A stretch of DNA of 64,000 nt, from assembly GCF_048593235.1 (NCBI RefSeq), contig NC_133622.1:196695198-196759197 (forward strand). Direction: 5' to 3'. Positions 24,221 through 35,480 of the stretch are shown one piece after another. How positions within the stretch are numbered: position 1 is the stretch's first letter; the number at the start of each line of letters is the position of its first letter. Source of the DNA: Sminthopsis crassicaudata (taxonomy: Eukaryota). The notes below the pieces were generated by a model. That model was not told where the DNA came from and ran no database searches. It saw nothing but the letters and a program-made list of their open reading frames with translations. A program made the translations under genes and the position numbers.

Positions 24221-24894
24221 GAACGGACGAAAAAAGAAGAGCAAGGCTTAAAGGAGGGAGAAATAATTGGCAAAGAGACAAAATAGCCTTAAATCTGAAG
24301 CCCAAAATCCCAGCTCTGACAAATCCAAGTCCTTCGAGGCTAAATATAGCGTTATTTGAAAAGGGTCTCAGGTAACTCTTTAAAAATACAAGAGTCAGAA
24401 TAATTGCTAACCTACTTTGATTAGAAAGTTTCAACACTTCAGTAAAATCTCTAACCTGAACAAAGTGGTTATTGAGTAGAAAACTGTCGTTTGGCTCACT
24501 TTTTCGTCATTTATTATTTTTTTTTTAATACCTCCCTTCTGCCTCCCCCCCACCCCCTTCTTATTCCTTTGAGTCTACTAGCTTTATAGTTGTATCCCTA
24601 GCTCCAGGGACTGAACTGTTCGTTTCTGTGTTTTGCAGCGGGTTTTTGTTTCCAATTGTTAGCTGACCGAGTTTCCCGGACGTGGTGGATCCGAAATCTG
24701 CTTGGAAAGGGCTCCAAAGAAGGGCCTGTCACCCCTGGGTAAAGGCGGAAGGTTATTTCCAAGGCTCTCCCAGACTCCGATTTCAGGGGATTTTTTTTCT
24801 CGGCGAGTGCCTGCTTGCGCGTAGGGCCAAGCACAGGGCTTAGGTGGGCTAGCCGTGCTAGGGGGTGGTAGTGAAGAGAAAGGGGAATCAAAAG

Positions 24895-24967
24895 TGGAGG
24901 ATGCGGGCATCGATCCCGCTACCTCTCGCATGCTAAGGGAGCGCTCTACCATTTGAGCTAATCCCCC
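24895..24967 (-). tRNA. TRNAA-AGC: tRNA-Ala (AGC), G30C anticodon-stem variant
   Basis: Reverse complement GGGGGATTAGCTCAAATGGTAGAGCGCTCCCTTAGCATGCGAGAGGTAGCGGGATCGATGCCCGCATCCTCCA; one difference (position 24938) from the other two AGC genes. Confidence 0.95.
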
Positions 24968-25592
24968 AACCTTAGTGTACGCTTAACACCGTAATCCTAA
25001 CAGTCTCTTACAAACTAGTGTCTGGGATGTCACTCGTGAATGATCCTTAGGTCCAGGGGCGATCCTGTGGTCGAGTGGGAGCCAGACTCGGACTTGGGGG
25101 CTGATGGAAGCGGGGATAGCCAGGACGAGGGCCGCACTCCCTTAGGCTCCGTCCCAGGACACTGTGTGCGATGGTTGCCGGGCTGGCCCACTGGTTCTTT
25201 GGCGGAGCGAGGAACGCAGCCCCGGTTGGGTTGGCGAGGACTCGAGGTCCCAGGAGTTCCCTCTAACACCGGGCAGGGGCTTCTTTCTGAGGCTGTGAGC
25301 CGAGGCGTTTCCCAAAGTTCGGAATAGGAGAACGTCCGGTCCCGGAGAGCGAGCTGGGGAGCGCTTGTGCGGAAGCTGGCGGCGGAGTCGGAGAGAGGCA
25401 GGGACAGGCAGACAGTGCCCCGTCTACTCCCCCGAACCCCGATTTCTGCAGAGCAGCAGGAGATAAGGGAGAATCCAGCGCGTTCCTGAAAGGGACGCAA
25501 CGGAATTGAAAATCGGGCTCAGGAGGTGGTCGGGCTGTTGCCCCCCGAGTTCGTTGCCACTTGTTACACAAAGCAGTCAACGGCTGCTCTCT

Positions 25593-25670
25593 GTCGGTTG
25601 GCTGAGCGGACGAAGGCTCTCTCCGGGGCTGCTGCAGAACCCACCGCGTTCCAACCCCCCCCCCCCCAAG
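25593..25670 (+). pseudogene. paralogous Leu-like tRNA relic (A box intact, B box degraded)
   Basis: GTCGGTTGGCTGAGCGGACGAAGGC...CCGCGTTCCAACCCC at the position homologous to 20537-20618. Confidence 0.45.
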
Positions 25671-26884
25671 TTTAGTTCCGAAACAATTAACCAAAGGGCA
25701 TGCAGGATCTTTGCAGAGGAGAGTCTTTCGATTTTTCTTTTGGAGCCGTCGCCTTCAGGCTGCAGAAGCCCCAGCTCCGGGCTTGTGCAGGTTCGGGAGA
25801 GGGCTGCTGGCCACTGTGGGCGCATTTGCTCAGGATGCCGTGCCGGAGAGAGAGACGGGGATGGGGACTCGGGGAGAGGATGGCTGGGCTTGAGGTTACT
25901 CGTTCGGTCGCGGAACCAAAGAGAACACTTTTCCTTGGGAAGTGGAGAAAACTGACGGTTACAGCTCCTCTCGCTCCCTCTCTTAAACACAGATTGGGAA
26001 AACAACCAAAACGAAAACAGATGGTCGGGGCGGGGCTTCCTCTGGAAACTGTCACCTGATTCTGCTGCCAGGACCAGAGAAAGTAAGTGTCCCAGAAAGC
26101 AAAAGGAAACTAGCCACGGGCTACCTGCGAGCTCCTTTTAGAGATCTTCCCAGATCTTTCCCGCAGTCCCCACCGTCCGAAGGAAAAAAAAAAAACAACC
26201 CTGAAAGGAAAGCGGTCACAGAAGGGCGCCAGAAGGAGCGGCCGGGTGCGGGCGACTGTCGGGGGCACGCGCAGCGTTCGGGACGGAGCTAGCTGATGGA
26301 CGGGAGGAAGGCTCCCTTAGGTTCTGTCCAGGGTCGCGGAAAGGCAGGGAGTGGGAGCGTTTCTGGTTTTCGCCTTTCCAGCTCTCGTTCCGGCCCGGCC
26401 CGGCCCAGCGTCGGGGTGTCGGGCGGGGTCCAGTCGGCTCCGCCTCAGTGCTCGGTGCCCCTTGGAGTACACGGGAATTGGCGCTCTTGCTCGTTTTCAG
26501 CCATTAGCTGCGGGCTGTCCCGCACTGCCGGGGTCGGGGCTGCGGGCGAAGGAGGGGCCGGATGCAGAGAGCAGAGGGTCCCTGGGTAGGGCGAGTGGTG
26601 GAGGAGAGAAGCAGAGGAGAGAGGAGAAGGGGGAGGGGAGTGCACGGACTAGGGAGCAGGAAGGTGCGGCTGAGGCGTCGGCGTAGTAGGCCTGGGAAGG
26701 GGAGAGGGAGGAGTGGGCGAGTTGTGTGGGGGCGGAGCGGGAAGGAGAAAGGAAAAGTGCAAGCGATTTTGGTGTGCGCGGGAAACTGGCAGGACAGGAA
26801 AGGGAAAGTCAAAGCACATCTGGATGGAGGCTTTCTTTTTCCTTTTTTTCTTCCTTGCTTGAATGGAAAAGCAAGTAAGTTCTT

Positions 26885-26958
26885 GGCTCCGTGGCTTAGT
26901 TGGTTAAAGCGCCTGTCTAGTAAACAGGAGATCCTGGGTTCGAATCCCAGCGGGGCCT
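26885..26958 (+). tRNA. TRNAT-AGU: tRNA-Thr (AGT)
   Basis: GGCTCCGTGGCTTAGTTGGTTAAAGCGCCTGTCTAGTAAACAGGAGATCCTGGGTTCGAATCCCAGCGGGGCCT; one D-loop C/T difference from the left copy; TTTT downstream. Confidence 0.99.
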
Positions 26959-27414
26959 GAATTTTCTTTCGTTCTCCTCACTTGTTTCCTGAGAGAAAGA
27001 AAGTAATATTCCTTTGAGGAAGGAACAGAGCTGGAGCGGACGTCAGTGGTCTAGTCAGTACTATTAGGTAGCTGATGCTTTTCTAAGAGTTTGGAATACA
27101 AAGGAAAGCAGAATACAAATCTCGCACTCTCCCGAGGTGCTTCCTAGAGAGGACCTAGAATGAAGAAACTTCAATAAGAGTGAACTGGGGCACAGTGGGA
27201 GCAAGGAAAGGAATAAAAACTGTTGAGCACAATACTCGATAGGGGAGAAGGGTGTTAGCTCAATGCGAGCAGAAGTTGAAAAGAAATAATATAAGGCTGG
27301 AAAGATAGATTTGAGCCAGATTGGAGAAGGTCTTGAATGCCAGTACCTGGAGTCTAAGACGTGAATTAATCGTGGGGGAGTCCCTGGAGGTTTTTGAATA
27401 AAGGACCAATCTCT

Positions 27415-27449
<35 letters not shown>

Positions 27450-29214
27450 CAAATCATCAGATAACTAGTAATCATAGGAAAACATGCCTAAAGAAAAGTA
27501 GCAACTGGTGGAAATCTGAATAGCTGGCCTTCCCTTCAATAGGCTGATCCATGAAAGTTGGCAGAAGGTATATATTTAGAAGGGAAGGTAATTTAAAAAC
27601 AAAGATATTGATGCTTTTTAAATGCAAATTTAAAAACATTATTTGGGCTCTAAGGAAGCTAAGAGTTCCTTATCAAATGGAAGATTTTCAAGAAGAGACT
27701 GGAAGCGGACTTTGGAAATATAGATTGGATCAGACCTTAGAACTGTACGACGGGATAGTGTTAGAATATAGTAGGTATAAAAGACTTTTTATTTAAGCAA
27801 GGCAATTAATTTACATCACAGAAACAATACCAGTTGACTCAACTTCATTCTAGATTTCCCCGGAACACCTAGATTTTATGTTTGTACTGTTTTTATAGAT
27901 TGTAGTAATGTTTTGATGTTATTTGAAAAAAGTATAAGCTAAAGCATTTTTAATGTAATGTTCAAGATGTGAACATTGTTAGGTGTTAGGTAGAGCCTAG
28001 GGTGATAGAACTCGAGCTCGGGAATAAATAAACTGTTTTCTTTTAAAATCTCACGACAAAGGTTGGTTTTCTTTAATTTTTCTTTCTTACAAAACAACAA
28101 GCTATAGAGGAGGGAGTACTTCAGGAAATGAACGATTTTTAAAAAATGAACAGGCCATATTAAGCTGGAGACAAAGTCTAATAACCCTAGTGTGTAGGAT
28201 GAGAAAGAACTGAAGGATTTTTTTAGATTACCCACTAGATGGCAGACTTAAACAGAAATATAGAAACTTACTATTAGTCAAATTGAATGGTCCAGATGCG
28301 TTTCAATCTCTGTGCTGTATGTGTTAATATCTGTATGTTCCGCTCAACCAGAGAATGTGGAATCATGAACTTCTAGCAGGACAGCGCAGGAATCTGCTGA
28401 GATATGTTCTAAGTGCACAGTAGGCCGTAGGTGCCTATAACACTGGCCCATGTTCTTGTCAAAATCCATGAAGAAGAAAGAAACTGTGACTGAACTCAAC
28501 CATTAAACATGTCTTAAAGCTGTTGTCTTTACTAATACAAGAAACATTGCTACAACTCCTCTTTGCATATCCAGCATTTAGCAGAGTACCTCGTTGCCTT
28601 GCCTTACCTCCTATTGTGTGTAGAACTGGGAGTGAGACATGAAAAAAGCAAAAAAAATTTTTTTCATATTTCTTAATGTAAAATGGCAATTATGGCCTGA
28701 AGACACTGCTTCTCACTTAGCAAGCAATAGAATCAAACATGGATAAAGCCAGAACATGCTATTCTATGGTAAAGTCACTGGAGTTACAAAGGAAAGTTTG
28801 AAAATACTGAGGGAGAGGACACTGCTAAGCATCATCAGGCAAGATTCCCCGGGGACAGAGGCGCTTTGATGGGTTTGATGAGAAGATGAGAGTGGAGGGC
28901 ATAAGGAAGAGTATGAATAAAGGCAGAGAATAAAATAAATCCACATAACTCATCACAATAAAAATTATAAACACAAACTGCAGACCCTGACACCCAGCCA
29001 GAAACCTTCCCATGTTTGTGTTATAGAATTGCTGCTGCTTCAGTCTTCACACTAGATGGTAGAATCTCAAAGTGTGATAATGATATGAGGCCAGAACATG
29101 GAGCGATGAATGTCTTAAAAGATCTTCCCAATGCTTGTTAATGAAGCTGCTCTAGTCATTCACGCTTATTAAGTTCTAAATTAACCTTATTCTCATGGTG
29201 CCAGTATAACTAGA

Positions 29215-29810
29215 GTAGGGTTTCTCAATTTTTTTCTATCTGAAACCCCTTTTCTTTGATAGTTTGATTGATATGACATTGAATAAGCAAATTAATGTAG
29301 GCAGAATTGTCACTTTTATTATTTTGCTTCAGTTTACTCATGAGCAATAAATATTTCTCCAGTTTAGATCTATATTTGTGTGAAAAGTGTTTTGTAATTT
29401 TGTTTATATATCCCTAGGTGTGTTTTGGTAGATAGACCCTCCCCCCCCAAGTATTTTTTGTTGTCTGCAATGATTTTAAATGGGATTTCTCTTTCTATTT
29501 CTTCCAGCTAAGCTTTGTTGGCTGCGTTTATTTTATATGAGTTATGTGGATTTATTTTATGGGTTTATTTCATATTCTGCAACTTTGTTAAGTTGTTTTA
29601 TCTAGTTTTTAGTAAGTTCTTTAGGGTTTTCTAAGAGGACAATTGCATCCTTTACAGAGAATTTTTATTACTTTGATTTCTTTCTCTTAATTCTTTAGCT
29701 AGAACTCTTAGTATAATATTAGTAATAATGGACGTTCTTGCTTCACCCCTGATCTTACAGGGAATGCTCCAAGTTTCTCCTTACAGATAATACTTGCTCT
29801 TGGTTTAAGA
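29215..29810 (-). mobile_element. old L1 ORF2 (RT region) fragment
   Basis: ORF 29708-29980 reads KEKLGAFPVRSGVKQERPLLLILY, a degraded form of the L1 RT motif [24 protein letters not shown]. Confidence 0.8.
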
Positions 29811-30378
29811 TAGATACTGCTTGTAGTTTTAAGAGAGGCTCCATTGGGATTCAACTTCAAGGAAGGTGAGTGTGTGTACCAGAATATAGAGAGTTCAAGG
29901 GTAAGAGCCTTATCTTCTAGGCCCCTTCTCAGGCAGCTAAACAGATCACTGGAAGAGTCAGCACGCAGGGTATTTTGCAAAAGAATCTGTTCCCACAGTA
30001 TTTCCTTTCAAAGCTAATCACTAAAATGATCTTATTAGTAAGAAAAGAAAGTATGACCTCCTCAAGGCACCTGGCATGGTTGATATAGACCTTCTAAGAA
30101 CCTTCGGAGCCCATATCTCCCAACCACTCCCTTTACCTTCTTTTTATAAAGAAAATGAATCCCAGAGACCTTTAATGATTGGTATCAGGTTCTACTAAGA
30201 CGAACCGCGAGAGCCATGATTCAAATTAACTAAATTAAACTAACCGTAATTCAAAATACAGCAAGTTGTGCACTGAAACTCTTTAGGTATATCTTAACAA
30301 CTCACTCTATAACTTGTTTCTTGCGGCATATTGGGACAAGATAAATTGACTTAAACTAAGTGACCCCTTAGAGACTCG

Positions 30379-30450
30379 TGGAGATGCCGGGGATCGAACC
30401 CGGGGCCTCACACATGCAAAGCGTGCGCTCTACCACTGAGCTACATCCCC
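30379..30450 (-). tRNA. TRNAA-UGC: tRNA-Ala (TGC)
   Basis: Reverse complement identical to 6997-7068. Confidence 0.99.
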
Positions 30451-30489
30451 ATTACGATTCCTAGCATTTATTCTTTCCCTAAAATGAGC

Positions 30490-30570
30490 ATTTATTTATT
30501 TATTCATTTACTTATTTATTCATTCATTCAATCATTTATTTATTTATTTATTTGTTTGTTTGTTTTTGTT
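30490..30570. repeat. compound tetranucleotide microsatellite (TTTA/TTCA/TTTG)
   Basis: Direct reading. Confidence 0.9.
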
Positions 30571-31150
30571 TATTTTACTCTTGGTTGTATCATTAAATTA
30601 GGTGAGAATAGTATTCTTCAAAAATTTTAATAGCAACATTAGGGAATATATAAGGTAACCACGGAAATGAAACGGAGGACATTTTCCATTGCCTTTCGTC
30701 CGCCTGAATTCTGAATTTTCGAAATGGAATCGAATGAGCAAAACAAACAAACAAACAAAAAAAACCAAAAAACAAACAAACAAAAAAACCCAACACTTTT
30801 TTTTTTTGAATTTTACCTGGGAAACACTAAAGATTTTTGTCAATTTCGTATCCGATTTTTGTAATCCCATTTGGGATTTTCTCGGCAAACGTGGGATTTC
30901 ATTCTCCAATCCAGACTATAGTTGAGGAAACTTCAAGTCAATAGGGTTGAGACTTGCTCCGGGTTTCACTGGTAATAGGTATGTCAGGCTGACTCAGGAA
31001 TGAGCAACTTAACTGGCCCAAAGAAACTTTATTCTGGGAGAACGGAAAGGGGAAAATCCGAAATTGAACTATATATAATTAGAAAGCTCGAGCTTTCGCA
31101 GAAGAAGAGACGAGAAAATTATTCTCCTTTGTAGGAGTTTTAGGGAGACT

Positions 31151-31309
31151 NNNNNNNNNNNNNNNNNNNNNNNNNNNNNNNNNNNNNNNNNNNNNNNNNN
31201 NNNNNNNNNNNNNNNNNNNNNNNNNNNNNNNNNNNNNNNNNNNNNNNNNNNNNNNNNNNNNNNNNNNNNNNNNNNNNNNNNNNNNNNNNNNNNNNNNNNN
31301 NNNNNNNNN
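31151..31309. other. assembly gap (159 N) followed by (TA/CA)n and GA-rich repeats to about 31500
   Basis: Run of N, then microsatellite. Confidence 1.
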
Positions 31310-32274
31310 ATATGTGTATATAGTTATATATATGCATATATATATACACACACATACATATATACAGGTATACATAGATCAATATGTGTATATAGTTATA
31401 TATATGTGTATATATATGTATATATATACACACACACAGAAGAAGAAAAATAGAGGGAGAGAGAGAGAGGTGTGAAAAAAGAGACAGGGAAGGAGGAAGA
31501 AGACGGGAGTGGGAGAAATCTAGTTTGAAAGATTGGATAGTTTTGCTTCATTACTTCCCCCTCCCCCCTTTTTAAAACAAGGGGTGGCTTACCAAGGACG
31601 AAACAAAATTATTATTTCGGAAAAGAAAGAGAAATGAAAACAAAGAAACCAAGAAAACTACGAATCTTAAAAGGACACTTTATTGTGGCAGCAGAGCAAG
31701 GATAGATAGGCTTTAGAAAGATCTCTTAGGAAGTTACAGAACCCGTGAGAGAGGATGGAGAAAGAAGGACCGAAGGTTTGCCTCAGGGTTCATCTCCAAT
31801 CTCACAGCCCAGAGGTCTATTCACCACCCTTCCCCGCGCTTTCCTAGCCCTTCTGCGGCTTTTGGTACTTCCTCTTGGACCGGTTAATGTCCGTTACGCC
31901 TTCTCTCCCGGAGTAGCGCTGGAGCCTCGCAGGTGTGAAGAGGAGCTAAGGTGTCCTTGCTGAGTGTGGGAAGTCAGAAGGAAACGCAAGCCTTCGGTTT
32001 GAGCTTAAGTCCCGAGAGGCGGTGGGGACTAACTCGGGGGAACTTTTTGTAAGTCTAACTCCTGGAAGCGGAGCACAGAAGTCAGGGCTGGGAAAATGAG
32101 CTGAATGCGCGGGGTTGACCTTATGGAGGGGAGAGCTGGGAAAAGACGTAGGGAAGAACCGAAGAGGCAGAGAACAGGAAGACTGGTTAGCGAAACACGT
32201 TGGTAAGTGCGAATCCACTTTGCAGAGTCCGAGAGGAACAAAAAAAAAAAAAAAAAAAGGCTGAAGCCACGTTA

Positions 32275-32420
32275 GCTAATAAGCAGTCGAAGGTACTAAT
32301 GTTCGAACTACAGAGACTGCTTTTTTGATCGTGCTTACAGCAGAACCAAGCATGGGGGGAGGGGGGTCGGCAAATGTATACCTTACCTCTAGCGGGCATA
32401 AATCCCCTGGGCACCCTGAC
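32275..32420. repeat. ~146-bp GC-rich unit, copy 1 (paralogue at 33331-33477)
   Basis: GCTAATAAGCAGT...CCCTGAC aligns at about 90% to 33331-33477. Confidence 0.92.
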
Positions 32421-32468
32421 GAGACTGTCGTGGGCAGGCTGAGAGCTGTAATTTTGGATAAATAAAAG

Positions 32469-32500
<32 letters not shown>

Positions 32501-32948
32501 CAATCAAAGGACATAAATCCCTTCCCAGGACTCGAAACAGCGGAACACAGGTTTTTTGGGACTAAAGTGGATTTCTCTTTGCATCCCATTCTTCAGCAGC
32601 TGGCCTCTGGAAGAGATATGCTCTAGACTGTTCCTTTATCCCCAAAGAAAAGATCTACCTCTCGGTTTATGGGAGTTTGGGATTAGCAGGTTTTTCGACG
32701 GTTGTCCCCATTACCAAGGTAATGGTTCCCAGGAGGAAAGGCGCGACTCTAATCCTACTTTGGAATTTTCTTAGGTTTTAATTTTGTCCCATATCCATAC
32801 TGACACTTTATTTCTTCTTTGAGGTTCCCTGGAAGAGACTGTAATCTGTGGCCACAAACTTTGCCATTTTTAAATTTTGGTGATTTTTTTTTTTTTTTTT
32901 TTTTGGTCTTTTCTAGTCTCAATTTGACCCAAGTTACCATGTTTTCTG

Positions 32949-33023
32949 GCGTCTGTGGCAAGATCTGTCAGCGCTTCGGCTGTTAACCGAAAGTTTTATG
33001 ATAGTCAAGTCCACTCAGGGACG
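32949..33023 (+). pseudogene. tRNA-Asn (GTT) pseudogene
   Basis: TTCGGCTGTTAACCGAAAG and CAGGGACG are identical to the gene at 3715; D-arm altered and T-loop/B box destroyed (TTCGAGC to GTCAAGT). Confidence 0.9.
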
Positions 33024-33330
33024 TTTAGAGATTTTTTGAAGTCTTACCTTTTTAATTTTGTTTTGCTTTTCCATTTTTCTCCTTTTTTATTTTTATTTTT
33101 TAAAGACTCTGCCCGAAAATATCCCTGGTCTCCACTCCTGAAGCTCGCTACAGTGAAATCCGAATAAGAAAACTGCCCCTCTTCACTGCAATTAAAGACC
33201 ATCTCATTATGAATGAATGAAAGGGCAGTTATTAGCTTACAGCAGTAAAATTTGATGTATTTTTTAATTGAACAAGGCGTTCTCTGCTCTAAAAGCAGAG
33301 CAAAAAAAGGCTAGCGCCACTATCTCTTTG

Positions 33331-33477
33331 GCTAATAAGCAGTGGAGGTTACTAATGTTCGAGCTACAGAGCCTGCTTTTTTTGATCGTGGTTACAGCAG
33401 AGCCAAGCATGGGGGGCGGGGGGTCGGCAAATGTGTACCTTACCTCCAGCGGGCATATGTCCCCTGGTCACCCTGAC
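33331..33477. repeat. ~146-bp GC-rich unit, copy 2
   Basis: See copy 1. Confidence 0.92.
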
Positions 33478-33806
33478 AAGGATATTAAGGTAAACGGCAC
33501 GTCTAGGAAATTGGTGACCAGGGAGGACTATTTTGTTCTGGGGAGTGGAGGAGAGAATTGGGGACTGTGGATTGGAGAAATAAATTGCATTCCGGGCTAT
33601 AGGTATGAGGTGAAATGGCCCAGGTGAATAGCAGTATGGGAGTGTAGCCGAAGTATGACCCTAGGAGCAGCTATTCTGGGCTAAGGGGTTTCATTTGTAC
33701 CCAGGCTCCATTCATCTGGATTGGACCCTACAGCAGATGCAATGATTAGTGGATAACTATCCACAGAAACTGGATCCTGGTTTTGGGAAGGTGAGGTGTT
33801 GGAGGT

Positions 33807-34160
33807 GCTACGCCCAGAGAAGGAACACTGGGAAATGAGTGTAAACTGTGAGCATTTTTGTTTTTCTTCCCAGGTTGTTTTTACCTTCTGAATCCAAGTC
33901 TTTCCGTACAACAACAAAAAATTCGGTTCTACACACATATATTGTATCTAGGATATACTATAAAATAGTTAACATGTATGGGACTGCCTGCCATCTAGGG
34001 AAGGGGCTGGAGGGAAGGAGGGAAAATTCGGAACAGAAGTGAGTGCAAGGGATAATGTTATTAAAAATTTACCCATGCATATGTAGTGTCAAAAAAAAAA
34101 GTTATAATTATAAAAGTAATAAAAAATAAACTAATTTTAAAAAGAAATAAAAATAATATT
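33807..34160 (+). mobile_element. L1 3' terminal piece with A-rich tail
   Basis: 3' UTR of the younger L1 subfamily; the first 107 bp are an inverted copy of 34342-34448. Confidence 0.9.
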
Positions 34161-34341
34161 CTCAGTTTTGGACAAATTTGAGTTTAAGGTTCCTGAGGTC
34201 TCTAAACAGGGACTATTTTGTGTACTGTTAGATAATGTTGCAGACATTGAATAGTGTTAAGACCTTATTCTAATACACACTATTTTTTGTAACCATGGAT
34301 AAGTCATTCAACTCTTCAGGGCTCTAGGAAACTCTCAAAGA

Positions 34342-35480
34342 TGTTGTACGGAAAGACTTGGATTCAGAAGGTAAAAACAACCTGGGAAGAAAAACAAAAA
34401 TGCTCACAGTTTACACTCATTTCCCAGTGTTTCTTCTCTGGGTGTAGCTGATTCTGTCCATCATGGATCGATTGGAACTGCATTAGATCTTCTCTATGTT
34501 GAAGATATCCACTTCCATCAGCATACATCCTCGTACAGTATCATTGTTGAAGTGTACAGCGATCTTCTGGTTCTGCTCATTTCACTCAGCATCAGTTGAT
34601 GTAAGTCACTCCAGGCCTCTCTGTATTCCCCCGTTGGTCATTTCTTACAGAACAATAATATTCCATAACATTCATATACCATAATTTACCCAACCATTCT
34701 CCAATTGCTGGGCATCCATTCATTTTCCAGTTTCTAGCCACTACAAAAAGAGCTGCCACAAACATTTTGGCACATACAGGTCCCTTTCCACTCTTTAGTA
34801 TTTCCTTGGGGTATAAGCCCCGTAGTAGCACTGCTGGGTCAACGGATTTGCAGATTTTGATAACTTTTGGGGCATAATTCCAGATTGCTCTCCAGAATGG
34901 TTGGATTCTTTCACAACTCCACCAACAATGCATCAGTGTCCCAGTTTCCCCACATCCCCTTCAACATTCATCATTATTTGTTCCTGTCATTTTAGCCAAT
35001 CTGACAGGTATGTAGTGGTATCTCAGAGTTGTCTTAATTTGCATTTCTCTGATCAGTAGTGATTTGGAACACTTTCATATGAGTGGAAATAGTTTCAATT
35101 TCATCATCTGAGAATTGTCTCTTCATATCCTTTGACAATTTATCAATTGGAGAATGGCTTGATTTCTTATAAATTAGAGTCAATTCTCTATATATTTTGG
35201 AGATGAGGCCTTTATCAGAACCTTTAACTGTAAAAATGTTTTCCCAGTTTGTTACTTCCCTTCTAATCTTGTTTGCATTAGTTTTGTTTGTACAAAAGCT
35301 TTTCAATATGATATAATTAAAATTTTCTATTTTGTGATCAATAATGGTCTCTAGTCCTCCTTTGGTCACAAACTCCTTCCTCCTCCATAAACTATCCTAT
35401 GTTCCTCTAATTTATTTATGATCTCGTTCTGTATGCCTAAATCATGGACCCATTTTGATCTTATCTTGATATGTGGTAAA
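34342..35480 (-). mobile_element. 5'-truncated L1 (ORF2 C-terminal domain) lacking its extreme 3' end
   Basis: ORFs 34592-34933 (HCWW...DPAVLLRGLYPKE...CAKMFVAALFVVARNWK...EWLGKLWYMNVMEYY) and 35034-35369 (DKGLISKIYREL...PIDKLSKDMKRQFS) are typical L1 ORF2 sequence, broken by frameshifts. Confidence 0.95.

Larger units (their letters stand above)
24660..26790. promoter_or_regulatory. CpG island (right arm)
   Basis: GC/CpG-rich paralogue of the left island; GGGGCGGAGC GC box about 26729. Confidence 0.85.
24600..27063. repeat. right arm of inverted segmental duplication
   Basis: Reverse-complement homologue of 19141-22120. Confidence 0.93.

Noticed and set aside
25135-26325. Short internal repeat CCCTTAGGCTCCGTCCCAGG / CCCTTAGGTTCTGTCCAGG in the right island
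   Set aside because: About 20 bp with mismatches in GC-rich DNA; insufficient to infer an internal duplication.
19245-26960. Many 60-156 aa ORFs in the CpG islands, some paralogous between arms
   Set aside because: Stop-poor GC-rich DNA; overlapping in all frames; frames broken by indels between arms; no recognisable domain; several run through tRNA genes.
28846-28855. Perfect EBF-type site TCCCCGGGGA
   Set aside because: Isolated, no adjacent homeodomain site noticed, far from the OR gene.
28260-29200. Non-repetitive-looking stretch considered as a processed pseudogene
   Set aside because: No sustained frame, recognisable protein similarity, poly-A or TSD found.
31082-31097. Perfect 16-bp palindrome GAAAGCTCGAGCTTTC
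   Set aside because: About one such palindrome is expected by chance in 64 kb.
33309-33383. Superficial vault-RNA/Y-RNA resemblance (GGCT start, GGTTACT, GTTCGAG, T-run)
   Set aside because: No 5'/3' terminal stem and wrong box spacing; kept only as an unexplained duplicated unit.
34592-35369. Protein-like ORFs here and at 29708, 61010 and 61566
   Set aside because: Frameshifted L1 ORF2 remnants, not host genes or active elements.
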